From positions 54,312,001 to 54,376,000 of the forward strand of contig NC_083278.1 of the NCBI RefSeq assembly GCF_963506605.1: a DNA stretch of 64,000 nucleotides. Reading direction: 5' to 3'. The notes below the pieces were generated by a model, which was given only the letters and a program-made list of their open reading frames with translations, was not told the DNA's origin and ran no database searches. Source of the DNA: Zootoca vivipara. Lineage: Eukaryota. Both the position numbers and the translations under genes were made by a program. Shown one piece after another: positions 11,582-26,381 of this stretch (position 1 is its first letter; each line of letters starts with the position of its first letter).

Positions 11582-14551
11582 TCCAACACTGATCAAAGTC
11601 TTGCCTTATATGGAAACCAACTCTAAAGTTTTGTGTTGTAATGCTTGAATAATTTTTTAACATCTTCAGATTCAGATGGCTCTCCAGAGAACTAGCCCAT
11701 ATCTTCGTATAAAAAACAACCCACCTGCTTTTCTATAGTGCTCTAAGGCTTTCAGAAGAAAATTAATCGTGTAAAAAATATGAAAAAGGAGCCAGTCACA
11801 GCCTGTCTCCTCCCAGGGTCCATCATCAGCCAGCACCATTTCACTTCCAGGGAGGGTGAGACACATTCTGTCGGCCAGCTGAAACCAATTTTATTATATC
11901 ATGTTAGCCAACTTCGGTTTTTCTTTCAAAAAGGGCAGGATATAAAAATGAAAAATATGAATTAAAGATGGTGATTAAAAAATGGAGTCAGATATCCTTC
12001 CTGTCCAAGTAGCTGCCTGTAGGGATGCAACTACATCATCTAGAAAGAAGAATGCAGTAAGAAAAAGAAACCCAGACATAGCCTTATGAATCACAGCATC
12101 TTTTGCCAAGTGATATTGTCACCTTGATCAAATCATTTAACTCTCACTTGTCCCCAATTTTATATGCACTTCAGTAGGCCCATCAATTGGTATATTTTTT
12201 AATGTTAAGAATTTGCCTGTTGGGTTGAAGAGGTGAAGCCGAAGTGAATCCTTTATCCCGTTTGCTGCCCTCCTAGAGCCACTGTTAGCAACCCAATGAC
12301 TAACCAGATTTATACCGATATTTTAGGTCTTAATTAACCTATGTAGAACTTACAGGCAGTTAGATTGTCAAGGAATATGAAAGCAGTGTGGATCCAAAAG
12401 GGCAAGTATAATATATTGCAATGTGAGGATGTCTAGTTCCTTCTGTTATCAAGACCATGGTGGTTTAGATAAGCTGTAAGCCAGAAGCAGGTCATTAACT
12501 ACCAGATTGAAATTCTGTGGACAAGGATTTTCTCATGTTCTTCCTTAGATATTGACAAGCCAGGCAATGTGCTATTTCACTGCAATAACACTGACCATGT
12601 GAAAAAGAAATATATGCTTGTGTGCATTCAGTGGATGCCTGGTATCAAGTTCTTCAGGGTTTGTTCCTTAATGTGTGCTCCATTTATCACTTTTTTTAAA
12701 AAAAAAATACCAATTTAGTACCATAATATGAATGTATAATTGAATTTGCCAGCCTGACAAGTAACTTTTTTCAGTAGGGTTATGAAGGCAGCCAATCTGC
12801 CATCGGCAGCAAGCCACAGCTATATCTTGGATTTGTACTGTTTAAATATTCGTGCCTTGCAAATAATAGAATAAACACTCCTTCTACCACCACCCCTTTA
12901 TTCCCCTCCAAGCCCTCAAGACAAATATTAATAATACAAGAGATTGTGGGAAGATGAATAAAGCATAATTTGAGCTAAAAGCCTACAGATGGCAAAGAAA
13001 TGGAAAAAGCTAAGTGAGGTGGAAGAGAAATGTGTAATTGAGCAACACCAGCACCATATGTCAGATGCTGCCATAAAACAAGACAGCAAAAGGAAACCTT
13101 TGCCTTTGCTCTGTGGAAAACACCAAAATGAGTGCTTGGGTGAATGTCTTTCTAACTCTGATGCATTAATCTCATCAGGGAGATCTTACCTGATCTTGCA
13201 TTTGACAAGTTAGTATCTCTTTTTATATAGAGAGTGACAGTCCGTTGGTCTTCTTTTCCTTTCTTGATAAGACGGGAGAGCCATTCAAATTTAGCTGTAG
13301 CCAAAGTGATGAAAGTGAATTAGGCTGAAAGCACACACATCTCCCGTTAGATGTCCTGGAGAGCTGCTTCCTTCAAAGCCCCCTCAAAATGTTTGAATTG
13401 TTTCCTCTTGCATATTTCTAAGCCGTTTGTCAGAGAGGATTTCAAAAGATGGGGAATGATCTGCCAGTCTGTCTGTCTAGTCTGTGATTGTGTGCATTGC
13501 TTCCCAAGGAAGATCAAAGAAAATGCTAGCTTTTCCGGAAAATATCACTTTGAAAAATAAATAGAAGAATGTGATACTGTGGCCTTAGTTCTGCATGTAT
13601 GAATAGGGAGATTTCTCATGGGCAACCACACAGCTGAAGTTTCATTATAAAACTCTGGTGCTGAAGTTCTGCTCACATACAATATTTCTATTACCAAATG
13701 GATAAAATCACTAGTCTTGCTTGAATTAAGATCAGATAATTTATGGAGTCATTCCACTTGACACAGATGAAGCACAGAGAAAGAGAAAGAGAATGGTAAG
13801 TACATGTAATGATGATTGCTTATGATTGTTTCATGGCATGAACCTTTGCCTGGCCCTCATTTTCTCAATAAGAAACTAATGTGATGCTAAATATTGGTCA
13901 GAGGCTGACTTAAATGCATCAAATTAACTCCAAGTTCCTGCTTGGCATGCAAGTTTGTCCCTTGAAAGTTTCTGTAGGCTGACTACAGATTTCTTGTTTA
14001 CCTCAGAGATGGGGTGGATGAAAGTCAAAGCTCGTTGGTGGTCTGTGTTGAAGTGAAATTTGGAAGGCCACTCACAGCAAAGCTTTGGAATGGACCATGG
14101 CTTGCACCATTAGTCTGGCACAGTGGTGGATGCTTAGCATCCTACGGGGTATGGCTTCTTACTGGATTTGCTTGAGCATCATCACAAATAAGCCTCCTTT
14201 CTCATTAGGATGTTTGCATATTATGATGCCACCATCCCAGCAATCCACCTGAAGCATCTATTATGCCTGCATCTCCAGACCAGCTCACCATGAGTAAAGT
14301 ATAACAATGCAAGGGCTGTGTCCCTGCTTGCTGTACCAGCCAATCCTCCTTCCCTCCTTGCAGGGTTCCCAGCATCCACTGCCGCTGAAATTTTAAATGC
14401 AGGCTTCTAGCTCACACTTCCCCCAGTAGTAGGGTGAGACAGGAAAGAGGAAAATAAGCTTCTTTCTCCCCTTTGTTTCCCCCACTACCATCACTGCTGC
14501 AGGAAGGGAGACAAGAAACTTTTAGCATGCAGGCTTTTTCTCTTCCTACAG

Positions 14552-14688
14552 CCGGCATCCCCAAACTCGGCCCTCCAGCAGTTTTGGGACTACAACTCCC
14601 TTCATCCCTGACCACTGGTCCTGTTAACTAGGGATGGTGGGAGTTGTAGTCCCAAAACATCTGGAGGGCCGAGTTTGGGGGATGCCTG
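14552..14688. mobile_element. Hairpin hAT MITE (URR1-like, GGACTACAACTCCC core)
   Basis: TIRs C(C)GGCATCCCCAAACT / AGTTTGGGGGATGCCTG, near-perfect palindrome. TSD TCCTACAG/CCCTACAG. Confidence 0.88.
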
Positions 14689-16878
14689 CCCTACAGCAAC
14701 AGTTGGGGCAGCAGCAAGGAGGGTGAGGTAACACAATGAGGAAAATAGCAGCATGGAGAGTGCAGGAAGGCTTGCAAAGCCTGTCCCACAGCAGTCTTTT
14801 CAACAGCGAAGGCTGAAAGAACAGCACAGGGGGGCTTGGGCCTTCTTCTTTCCATCTCATGCCACTGCCACTGCTGCAGATCATGAGGCCGGCCAGATGG
14901 CACTTCAGGGTGCCTTTCTCCTCCCTCATTGCTCCTCCTGCTATTCTTCATGATGATCGGTAGTGGTGGTAGCAGGGGATTCTGAGGTCAGGTGTAGAGG
15001 AGGAAAGTGAGCAATAGCACCACCAGCTGGCCTAAAGATCTGGATCTGACAGTCAAGGGCTCCAAGTCTGGCAGGCAGAAGAGGCAGAGGAGTTGGCCAC
15101 AGTTCATTCTGACTTTTCCTCTGCAGCAAGCCTGGGCTGCCACCTCTCATCACGCTGTAGTTCAAAGCACCACCTATTGGCAACCATGCAAACTACTGCA
15201 TGACAACAGTGCAATGCAAATGTTTATTATATAGTGTATTTTATAACTAAATTAAAGTACAGAATAGTCACCAGCTAATTAAGCATATATTCATAGTATC
15301 TCTGAATATGTCACACATAATAAAGATAGTATGCCTTACACATTCCACTAAATGCTTCAAAGTTGTAATATTTTTTCTCTTTCATCTCCATTAAGCAATT
15401 AAAAAGAGAAATTGCATTTTAATTCCTTTATGTTTATTTAATGGTTCTTTCGGAATAATTGGTGCAGTTGGTACTACAGATTAATGGCAAAGCAGGAGGG
15501 AATGAAAAAGGATGGCATATTTTCAAGTTTATTCTCAATGGGGGGGGGAAGTCTAGGAAGAAATTAAGCATACAAGCAGTCTTTTTACTGTTTACTTTTG
15601 AAACTTTTTGTCCTAAATTACAAACTCTATGGAAGTGAACCATTATTATATTTTACCAGGTTTAAAGTAACAGTGTGGTGAAAGTGACATACCGGGGGGC
15701 GTGGGGCAGAGTGAGAGAGAGTGAGTGAGTGAGAGAGAGAGAGACAAAGTTCATTTTATGAGTAAGTGAAGCTATACTTAAGTGTCAGAGCTTCAATTAA
15801 CAAGATCTGGGAAATAACCACTTCAAGTTAAGATCTAAAATGCATGGCTCAGGCTGATTTTGCTTCAATGAAATTACTTTTAAAAGTGTGTATGATCAGA
15901 CTTTTAACAGGCAGGGAACTGGGCTTATTTCCAAATTGCAACTTTAAGATTTATTGTATTTTTACCCTCCTCTATTTAGCCCAAGCTTTGCTGGCTGGCT
16001 GCAATTAATACAGATGTTATGGTTTTTGATTTGCATTGCTACAGCATATGAACTCAATTACTTTTCATTTGTAGCCCTGAAAATGGCATAAACCCCCTTT
16101 GTGATGAAGTTTTTCACTGCATTGGTAGAAGTTACTGAACCATGGAACCAGGCAGATATCAAGTGAGCCACAGAGAGTACCTTCCTTTTGTTTCTGTTTA
16201 ATATACTTTGCTTCCCTTATGTGATTCTGCTATGGCAAGAGGTCACTGATGCAAGTGCTGCAGCTGATTTTTAAATGGCTCATTATAAGATTTTCTCATG
16301 GGGAAAAATAAGACGATGTCTAATTTTTGAATGCTATGACAAGGATAACTAAATCCATGCATAAAAATGCACAGGTCAAGATTTTCTTCCCATATTATCT
16401 TTAAGAAAGCTTTGCTAATGAGTGCCAATTTTTACTAGTCTGCTTTCCCTCCTCCTGCTCTGCAGATCTAATAAGCCCCTTTTTCAGATGCTATGGCAAT
16501 CCCCTCAGATTACTTGGTTTCTGAGCTGTAGTTAAGGTAATCAGCAGTAGTCAGAGAGGAGGGCTGGCGCCACCCATGTGGCCTCACGGTTTACCAGAAG
16601 AGAGCGAAAAAGGTGGCAAGGAGGTTGGTGCTGTGTTGGCATATTGGGGGAACTAATCCATCATTCTTTCTAAAGTACCTGCATAGAGCTAACCTCCCTG
16701 TCTCCTCATTTCTCTACCTCTTGGTACCTCTCAGCAACTCTACTTCTGAGAAGCTAGGTGTGTGGAGGTAGCTGTCCTCACCTACCACTCCTACTGGTAA
16801 CCTCCAGGAACAAAAACAGTTTCAAGTAGTGCTATGGCAGCTCAGGACTTCATGGCCTCCATTACAACCATGGGGTTC

Positions 16879-16994
16879 ACTCCAGGTGTTTTTGGAATAC
16901 AACTCCCATCATCCCTAGCTAACAGGACCAGTGGTCAGGGATGATGGGAAATGTAGTCCCAAAACAGCTGGAGGGCCGAGTTTAGCCATCACTG
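16879..16994. mobile_element. URR1-like hAT MITE, one end missing
   Basis: Same TACAACTCCCATCATCCCTAGCTAACAGGACCAGTGGTCAGGGATGATGGGA core. Confidence 0.8.
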
Positions 16995-19668
16995 ACTTAA
17001 AGCATCAAAAGTCCTGACTATAAATAGTTTTGGGTGCCACTTTCCTTTTTTTGTTTCAGGCTTGTGGCTTAAGTCATTTTCATTATGTTCTAACTGTTAT
17101 GAATGTAAAATATGACAATGATTTCTAATGATTTTGCTTATTGAGTACTTTATTTTATTCGTAAACCATTTTGGTGAAGAGAGAAACATTTTAAAAATTA
17201 AATAAACCTCCAACTCCCAACAACCCCAGGCTGCATGTTCAACAATTAGGTCAGGGATTATAGCATTCGGGAGTCTAACAACGGATGCTTTCAGAATATC
17301 ACTGTTTTCAAGGAGGATTCAGTAGCATACCAGGAAATGCAGACTGAACAATTAAAGCTGATTTGGAGCTCCTATGAAACAAAACTGCTTTCCCAAATGA
17401 TCAGACTTTTGTGATATGGAAAGCAATGGGGAAATGCACTGGAAAGGGTGTGATAACAGCTGCTTGATGCAATGACACCTGATCTCTCTGCAAACAAATA
17501 ATAGTGAATGTTCATTAAATAGTCAGTGCTGTGTAATCCCCCTGCAAACAAATCAGGATGGATGCTCTTTGAACAGGTCATCTGGAAGTGACCAACATCT
17601 GGAGAGCCACAAGTTTTTCATCCCTGCCCAGAGACATGTTCCCCATCACCCCCTAAGTGACAAATCTCTTCTGTTTTGAGCCTAATCAGTGTCCTTTTTG
17701 TGTTCAAAAAGATACATTTGACTGAGATTCATCCAAAGATAATTATTGTAAAATATCCTAGTTTGTAACTGTCTGCAAATCCTTTGACATAATTTAATCT
17801 CTGGATGGGGTGAAACATATCATCAGTTTCTAACACTGTCTCCTTTCCCCTCTAATACAAGGTTATTTTCTTTCTTTTCCTTTAGTTAGGGCAGAGGTCA
17901 ATTATCACTCAGTCCAACAATAAATGGACTTCTGTCTCATTCTCATTGGTGAAAGTGAAGCCTAGCAAGAGCATCCACCACAGTTCAGATGCAGTTCAAA
18001 TCATGACCTACAGAAGGCTTATTTTTAACCACCCAGCTATAATTTCTCCTGTCATTCAAATTGCTCAAACTATAAAGCACATGAATTGTGGGAACTTAAA
18101 GTCACAATAACACTGTTATACTTAACATTTATCTAATAATAGTGCCATTTTTTGTTGCTGGAAAAAATGGTTTAGGAGAAAATAAAGCTGGACAACAGCC
18201 TGTGAACACAGCTGCCAAGCAAGGAAGCAAATCAACTAATCACATCAACACTTAAACCAATGATAGCTGTTTTACAATAGAGGAAAATTGAATCAGACAC
18301 ATCAAACACCTGGCACAGTAGGGCACTTGCTAGCCCCATAGAGATTTGTGTTCATGGTGGAATAAATTTCACCATCATTACTGGCAAGGATTTATGATCA
18401 TAGGATTTAATTGTTGTTGCTTGGATTAGAATGGTCTGTACTGACAGAACATACATTAGTGGTCTTCTCACCTATAAGCAACCAGATCTGCTAGGTAGAA
18501 TCACATGCATGAGAGTGTTCAGAACATTTCACAAGACTTACTTCAGCAGTTCTTACAACAGGCCTGCTGATGTGTGGCATTCCAGGCCAGATACAGCTCA
18601 CTATCATACATGGCTGCTCACATAGTGCTCAAGGACTCACATGATGTTCCTGCCTGTTTTGGACAGTAAAAGCAGCAGTGAGCTGTCAAATGCTTGGTAG
18701 GCCACAATACGAAACAAAGGCATCCTTTAGCTCGGTGTCTTACAAGCTGTGCAGCCTGCCTTATAGCATCTCCATAAGGAACTGCAGTATTATTGCCTCT
18801 TTGTTACAGATATCAGGGACTGAGAGTGAGAGATAAACCACCATGTGGGATTGTGCCAAGAAAAATATTTGGACAAAGGCTCCCATACGGACAAAAGCAC
18901 CAGGAGTTGTTCTGGCCACGCTGCCTCCTCACACACCATAGTTTGTGATTTTGCCACATCCACCCATTTACAAGGAAGTTGCTCAGGACGGAACAGATTT
19001 TCATGAGACTAACATTTTTAATTTCATTTTTTGTTCTCAAAATAGTATATAATGAAATAGAAGAAAGGCAAAGGAGCCCAAGGAAACATATGAAGCCATT
19101 CATGTTGTATATTATAAAAGGAAAATGACCAGCATTAAACCCTAGGACTATGGAATTTGATCCACATTCTGCAGGAAAGAACCATGGCCCTGTTTTATTT
19201 GTGGAGGCTCCGTAGTGCCTCCCTGCTGCACAAAATGCACCCGGGGCTAAACTCTGGCATTCAAGACAGGCTCTTGGGCAACGATCTGATGTTCCCTGGT
19301 ACATACTAAAGCTTACAAAGCAGTAATTGTGTTGATACAACTGCCTGTAATGTCAAAGAACCATATGTGCAGTGCCAAACATCACATTTATGATATTTCT
19401 GTGGTGCATTGGCTAGTGCTTGTCTTCTGGAAAGCACCAAAAGTGTGGGATCAGTATGCAACTTTGTTCAATTATAACCCTGGTCAACTATGCTCTGAAT
19501 AGATCAATGACAAGATTTACAAATGTTACGAAAGCATGACATGAACTTATTTTATTATTGCATTATATCAATAAGACTGTTCCTGCAAGCTCAACTAGGT
19601 GAAGAACCAAACCTTGTGCTCATTTTAAGAATGGCATGAACCTTGTGGGAATTCTCAATTATGTATAG

Positions 19669-19754
19669 CAGGCATCCCCAAACTCTGCCCTTTAGATGTT
19701 TTGGGACTACAACTCCCATCATCCCTAGCTAACAGGACCAGTGGTCAGGGATGA
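19669..19754. mobile_element. URR1-like hAT MITE, half copy
   Basis: CAGGCATCCCCAAACT TIR plus core, truncated after GGTCAGGGATGA. Confidence 0.8.
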
Positions 19755-20034
19755 CCAGGCTGCATTTCTCAAAATACTGTGCATGACAGCCTAACAGCGC
19801 AATCTTAAAATTCGCAAAACCAGCAGATAAATGCAGGAGACTGTATTGAGGGCGAGTTAGTACTGAGCCACATGAAATGTGAACTATAGGCGGTCAGGCA
19901 TAAAGCTGAAGCACTACTGATCTTTCTTAGGGGTTTGCAAAACAAAATGCACAAGTTTATAGGTGCAAGCAGCTGGGGATTTTCACTCCAAATGTTAATC
20001 TCCAAACTGCCTTGATCCATTTGAAAGAGTAATA

Positions 20035-20270
20035 GTGAGAAGGCAAATGAAATTCAATATAAAGTGATGTGTATTGGAGCAAAACACCCCAAATTCACAG
20101 ACACACTGATGGGATCTGAGCTGGCTGATGCTCTCCAGGAAAGAGATATTGGAGTTGTGGTAATGATCAATGAAATCACAACTGAATGAGTAGTGGCAGT
20201 GGAAAATGCAAATTCCATATTAGGAATTATTGGGGGGGGGGGGAATTGAAAGTAAAATGACCAGAATCAA
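20035..20270 (+). mobile_element. CR1 LINE fragment (RT C-terminal region)
   Basis: Degenerate QMKFN..CIGAKHPKFT.TLMGSEL...QERDIGVVV...ANSILGII..GIE.K, typical of CR1 ORF2. Confidence 0.8.
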
Positions 20271-23200
20271 AATTTAGAGGTGTACAGTACATTGATTCTG
20301 TGTGCGAAGCAAGTAGAAACAATCTGGGTGAGGTTTTCAAATGCCCAAGTCAGGCTGTGTCATTAACAAGTCAAATCAACAACTCCCTAAAGTCCCAAGT
20401 TTGCTCTATGTACTCAGGTGTCCAAAAGCACTCCATTTCCTTTTTTAAGTGAAACCAAACTGACTAAGGAAATGACCTGAATTTGAACAGGGATAGGCAG
20501 AGAAGTTGGGTTGGATCTTTCATTTGATGGACAGGCCTACAATAGGTTTTAATTACAGTGAATTATTTTCCCAGGATACTCCAATCACATTGATTTAGGG
20601 GCGAAAAGTTGAAGAAAACAAAAGTGTTTGCTTTTCACTTGGCTGTTGTTTTGCCTGGGACAGTAGGGTGTTTAGAAAGGCAGCAGATTATTAGTGTCCT
20701 TCCCAATCACCTGGTTCCTAACAAGCAATTAAAATACTCCCATTAATTTGTGTTCATTTCACTCTATTTATTTCTCCTCCCCACCCTTTCCACCCCGGAT
20801 TCTGGTTTGTGTTGGTTTGGCTACTAGTTTTCAGACTTTTGGAGAGCTCAGTATAGAGTAATTCTATTTTCCTGTTCCTCAGATCCATTGTTGTGCTTTG
20901 CCTGTGATTTATTTTTCTTCCCAGTTTTAGTTCGCTTGCTAGAAGTTTCATTCTCTTCCATTCGGTTTTAGAGTACCTGCGATTTCAGTTAATTTTGTTT
21001 TTGCTCTCCAACAATACGAATATTTTTATTACAGTTTTCTACCTCTGGGCCTGGCACTTTCTCACCACTCAACTGAACTTGCTTGGCCCTTAAGTTAGTG
21101 CCCAGGGGCTCCATGTCACCAGTTTTTAGACTGATTGTTCAGAAAACACTAGCAAAGGTTAATTGAGTTCACTTCTACCCACCCCAAAATGGTGATGTTT
21201 GCCCTTGTGAGAGAACCACTGCACCTATCATTCCAAATTTGGCAGGCTCCATCCCCCGAAGGGGTGACCAATGCATGCAAATTACATCCAATTCTGGCAG
21301 AAAAATGAAAGCTAGATACTTTTTTCTTTAAAATAAAATAAAATAAAGGTTTATCATGCAAACTCTCCTGATTGGATCGGTTTGCAATTTGGCAGGCTTA
21401 GAACACACTGGAGGGGCTCTTTTGATTGAAATTTTCATCTACTTCTGTAGGGGGCAAACAATTCTTAAGGTTATAGCTGTTTTCAGATTCCCCATTACAG
21501 TCAATGAGGGAAAACAGAGCTTCAGGTTCAACAGATCTGATTTGGAGCCGATTAACATGTGGAATCAGAAAGAGCCTGAGTGGACTGGAAACAGTTTGGG
21601 TTGCTTCCCAATGCAGCAGATGCTCTTGGGGTGGGGGGACAACATGCCTTATGTCTGAGCTTCTCAGAGGCATCTATTTGCAAGATCCTTAAAGTTAGGG
21701 TGCTAGATTCCTTTTGTTTCAGCTTGGATTCACAGGATACATGGAGGCAAGTAAGTGTGCAAATGGCTCGTTGAACACACAAAGTGTTGTTTAGCATGTA
21801 ACAGCAGAACAGATGGGTGTAACTTGTGAGGCAGTGATTTATAGTGATTTATGCCTATGACAAGTATTTCAAATGAGCTGGTGATATGGTGTGGATGGGG
21901 AGAGGATGACTTTTACATATACAGGAAGCAGATATGTGATTTTAAACAAAGATTGGGAGAGATCTGGTTGCTAGTTTATGCTCAGAATATCTGTGAGTAG
22001 TGTATATCGGATCTAATTCAAATGTCAGAAAAGTGCATCTTCTTGCAAATAAAGCTCATATTAAAAATGTACCACAGGGGTATGCAAAACTTTTGTTGTG
22101 TTTGAACTGGCCACAAGTCCTCATCATAGATGGCTGGTGAAAGCCTAGTTAATGGTGACAGATTATTGTTCTATTCTAGAATGAGTATTTTCTGTAGCCT
22201 TAAGTAGTATTCATCATTCTACCTGTGTATATTGCTATTATTGCAGTATTCCCAAACATCCCAAGAAGATAAAAACCCACAACCCTTTGTATTTAGGGCT
22301 AAAAAACCCTTGGCTAAAGGCCACACCTTCAGCTAACATGGAAGTTATCCCATTTGAGATGAACTCAGATAATACCAAATGGCTAGAGAAATTTGTTCAG
22401 TCTAAGCAAGTTGTGTTAAGAGTGAATATTAGAAAGGGAGGATATTGCAGGCTGTCTTCTAAAGCTTTTCAGTAGATACAGCTGAGAAATGAATTTTTGG
22501 ACAGATATCAGCTTCAGATGAATCCATAATGTACTTTTTTATACGTAATGCTCTCAAGACTAAGCAATATCACAATGACTAGTAATCATAACTCTCCCCC
22601 CCCTCTCTCTCGTTGCATGAGAATGAATTCAATAGCCGCATTAAAGTCTCTTCCTGCTACCTTTTAGAAACTGATGCACAGATCTTTTCCACACTGTCCT
22701 TATTTTAAAAAAGGTTGAGGGCCGAGTCTCTTGAGTAGCTTTATGGCTTGGCTCGGCATTTTAGTCTTATCATGCAGCTGCACAGATCATCTGTCCTCAA
22801 AGATGGTTACATGACTTGGACACTACTGTGTGATGTCCTATTCCATTCTCTTATGTTCTGCCAATTAGATTATCCTGTTTCTCCTTTGATTCCGCTAAGG
22901 CAATGAATCCCTGTAATAAGGTCATACTTTCACTTTAGCTTAGACTTTTTAAAATATATTCATACACATACATAAGGCAGTGCTCAGCAGAGCCATCTTC
23001 CATTTACTCAGTCTTAGAATGCACCTATGATAGCACCTTCTCTGGCCATAACATTTCTTAATCATTTCTTTCTTGCCACTTTGTTTTCCATCTATGACTT
23101 ATTGTCTACAGTGTCTAGCATATTTTCAGTCTAATGATTGATAGGCCATTTAGAGATGGTAAGTGTTATTATTATTATTTGTTTTAGATAGGGAGGTATG

Positions 23201-24589
23201 AAGGGTGCAGGGTTGTGGAATCTTGGGTCTTTGACTGAACAATTTTCCTTTGTTTTGTAAAAGACCCAATTGCACAAAGAAAGCTGTAAATAGTAAAATT
23301 CTAGCTGCACAGAATATTTTTGTTGTGTTTTTTTAAAAAAACAGAAACTAAGAATTTGGAGTATAATTTGTTTGTTTGTTTTTAAAAAATCACATTTTGT
23401 GAATTTTCACTTTTTTTGATTATGTCTGCTGCCTCTCCTGAGATTCCCCACCCCACCCCTTGTTTTACTACATATTCCTGGCTCCTACGGTAGTTCCTTC
23501 CTGGATTAGTAATGTGCATAACTGCATGCAATCAGTTATTCAGTAAATAAGATAATATTGTGTCGTGCCTTTCTGGACTATATCACTGAAAGAAATGAGA
23601 GTTAGGGCGATCCTAAGGATGTTTACTCAGAAGTAAAACCAACTGAATCAGCTGGATGCAAGGAAATTATGCAGTGGCAGCCTCAGGTGGCAGATTTGGT
23701 GTGTCGTATGAGGGCAGCAAGTTGCTGGTTATTTATTTATTTGTTTGTTTATTTTGTTATTGTATTTTTAGCCCTAAGGAGAGACTAGAGGTGCACTTTC
23801 TCAGATACCAGAATAACTTGGCTGGCCTTAGGTACCCTGTACCTCAACTTGGTGGGATTTGGACATTAGCTGTCTCTACCTTAGGCGCCAAAATATCTTG
23901 GGCTAGCTGTGGTTGAATGAGACATGGGCTGCATGCATGCCACACATTTAAGGTACATTTAAGCCACATAACTTTTCTCAAAGAATCCTGGGGACTGTAG
24001 TTTGCTAAGCGTGCTGGCAATTATAGCAATTGTGGGGGAATCCACGTGCTTGGAATGTATTGTGTGCAATGCATGCTGCCTTACTCCCTCGTAGCAGTGC
24101 TTACGAATACAGCCTAGGCTAACACTTTCACAAGGAGTACTGAAGGAGAAGCATTTTTTTCAACACTGCTAAAAATGCTCAGTAAAAATGGAACAGCTTT
24201 GGCTCAGCTGTATGTAACATTATTAACCTTGCTAGGCTTCCTACATTTAAAACATAAATAAGGGCAGGAACATCTCTATAAAAGTGAGGGAGGGAACAAA
24301 GTGGACATAGAAACCTAAGTAGATGTCTGGGCAGATTAATTTTTTTATTAAAAGAGAGGAAGACGCCAGTAAATTTGGAGGAAGAGAATTGAGATAATGA
24401 GTTGGATTAAATCCAATAGCTATCCAATGATACGGAAGGGAGGGTGTTACATTACCCCTCCTTTTGTAGACACCTCCCTTTTTGGAGATAAGATAGTGCT
24501 CTGCAACACTCCATAATATAACCACCAGAGGGCCAAAAAGCCTAATGCTACTTTCCAGACTCACTCCCAGACCTATGATTGTAACCACT

Positions 24590-24800
24590 GTAACCCAGGG
24601 CCGCCAATTCCCATTCCCTGGAGCTGGTCCTGGAGGATACCATGGTCAGTGATATCAAAAACCAACAAGAGATCAAGAAGCAGGAGCAAGGTCACGCTCC
24701 CCTTGTCCTGCTCTACAAAGCTACCAAGGCCAACTCTGTCCCATCACCAGGCCTAAACTGAGATTGGAATGGATCTATGTAATCAGCGCCAGCAAATAAT
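24590..24800 (-). mobile_element. L2 LINE RT-core fragment
   Basis: Minus strand reads approximately DYIDPFQSQFRPGDGTELALV...DKGSVTLLLLLDLLLVFDITDHGIL. Confidence 0.75.
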
Positions 24801-25010
24801 GCTTGTGGTTGCCCACCTACCCCCTTTAAAGAAACATTTTTCCATTACCAAAAAATAAAATAAAATTGCAGCTTAAAATCCCCCTCTCTGAAAGAGACAA
24901 TGCCAATCACTGTAGGCACTCCTGAGCAACATGAGCTATTGGTCTGGCATGAAGTAAGGCAGTATCCTATGTTCTGAGGTGCATTCTGTAGCTCTCATAA
25001 AATCTCATTA

Positions 25011-25253
25011 CAGTGGTACCTCTACTTACGAATTTAATGCGTTCGAAACACACATTTGTAAGTCGAAAAAATTTGTAAGTCGAATCCCATAGGAATGCAT
25101 TGGGAGAAAAAATTTGTAAGTCGAAGCAACCCTATCTAAAAATTCGTAAGTAGAAAAAATCCTATCTAAACCGCATCCAAGATGGCGGACGGAGCTCCAT
25201 TTGTAAGTAGAAAAATTCGTAAGTAGAGTTATTTGTAAGTAGAGGTACCACTG
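25011..25253. mobile_element. Tigger/pogo-like MITE
   Basis: TA|CAGTGGTACCTCTACTTAC ... GTAAGTAGAGGTACCACTG|TA, with an internally reiterated TT(C/T)GTAAGT(A/C)GAA motif. Confidence 0.92.
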
Positions 25254-26249
25254 TATAGCTCAGCGCAGTCAGCCGTTCTAAGACTTTTTTTTTGCATGCA
25301 AGCCTGTTAGCAATTATTTAGAAAATAATTGCAGAGTAATTAATATGTAAAGGTATTTTAGGTTGTTAGAAGTTATTCTGAGTCGCTTTAATGTGGGTTC
25401 CATTAGTGCAAGTTCCTTCCCTCCTGAGATCGTTCAGGATAAGAAGAACAGTATCAACCACTTTCCTAATATATTCTCTTATCATAGTTCCCTAATATCA
25501 AATTCAGATGGTGCAGTGCCCAACAGGACTGTAACCAAAATAGCACACAACCACACCCATCAAAGGGGAGGGGCGTTAAAGTTCAACAAAGACCGAGCAT
25601 GCTCAGTTGCCTCAAGAAGTCAGCAATAATTCCATAGGGTCAAGGCAATCAATGGAAAAGAGCAACAAACTGACATCGGATTATGTTTGTCGCCAATCCC
25701 ATGGAATATCTCCTTTACCCCACCTCCCATACCATTTTTATGCTAGAAATGAAAAGTAAGGGGTTGTGGGGGAAATAGAAGAAAGTGTGCTGAGGGGAAA
25801 TTTGAAGGAGGTGAGGGGGGGGCATATATGTGTACAGGGAGGGAGCTGCATGCAGAACTCAAACCTTGTTTCTCTTGTGGTTGGCATCCGTCTGTGTCAG
25901 GAAAAGAGTGTATTTGGGGGCACATAGTCACCAACACAAACTCCACATATTAACTTTGTGTTGTGCAATTATTTCCTTTTAAAACGAAGCAAAAGAATGG
26001 CCAAAAAACTCCCATATTCAGTATTCAAAGTATACCTTTGAATATAACAAATCTTCCTATGTTAATTTTAATGTAAGCCCATACCAAATACATGTTTATG
26101 TTGCAGACTGTTCCTTGATCCATATTTATGTTTAATTAATTACTTCTGCATTTCTGAGCCAGGAATGTGTAAACAAACAATTCCCATCTACCTGCAGTTT
26201 CACAAGAGAAAATCAACTGCAGGGAGTTGGACTAGACGACCCTTAGTGT

Positions 26250-26381
26250 CTCGTCCAACTTGGTGCCCTCCAGATGTTTTGGACTACAGCTCCCATAATT
26301 CCTGGCCTTGGTCATTCTGACTGTTGCTGAAGGAAGTTTCTGTCCAGAACATCTGTAGGACATCAAGTTGGGGAAGGCTGC
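26250..26381. mobile_element. Diverged URR1-like hAT MITE
   Basis: CCCTCCAGATGTTTTGGACTACAGCTCCCA ... ACATCTG ... AAGTTGGGGAAGGCTG. Confidence 0.65.

Noticed and set aside
18813-19340. 175-aa minus-strand ORF
   Set aside because: No recognisable homology or splice context. Consistent with chance in intronic DNA.
25011-25253. Regularly spaced GTAAGT-containing repeats that superficially resemble a CRISPR array
   Set aside because: Eukaryotic MITE with TIRs and a TA TSD. The repeats are internal TIR-like motifs and there are no cas genes.
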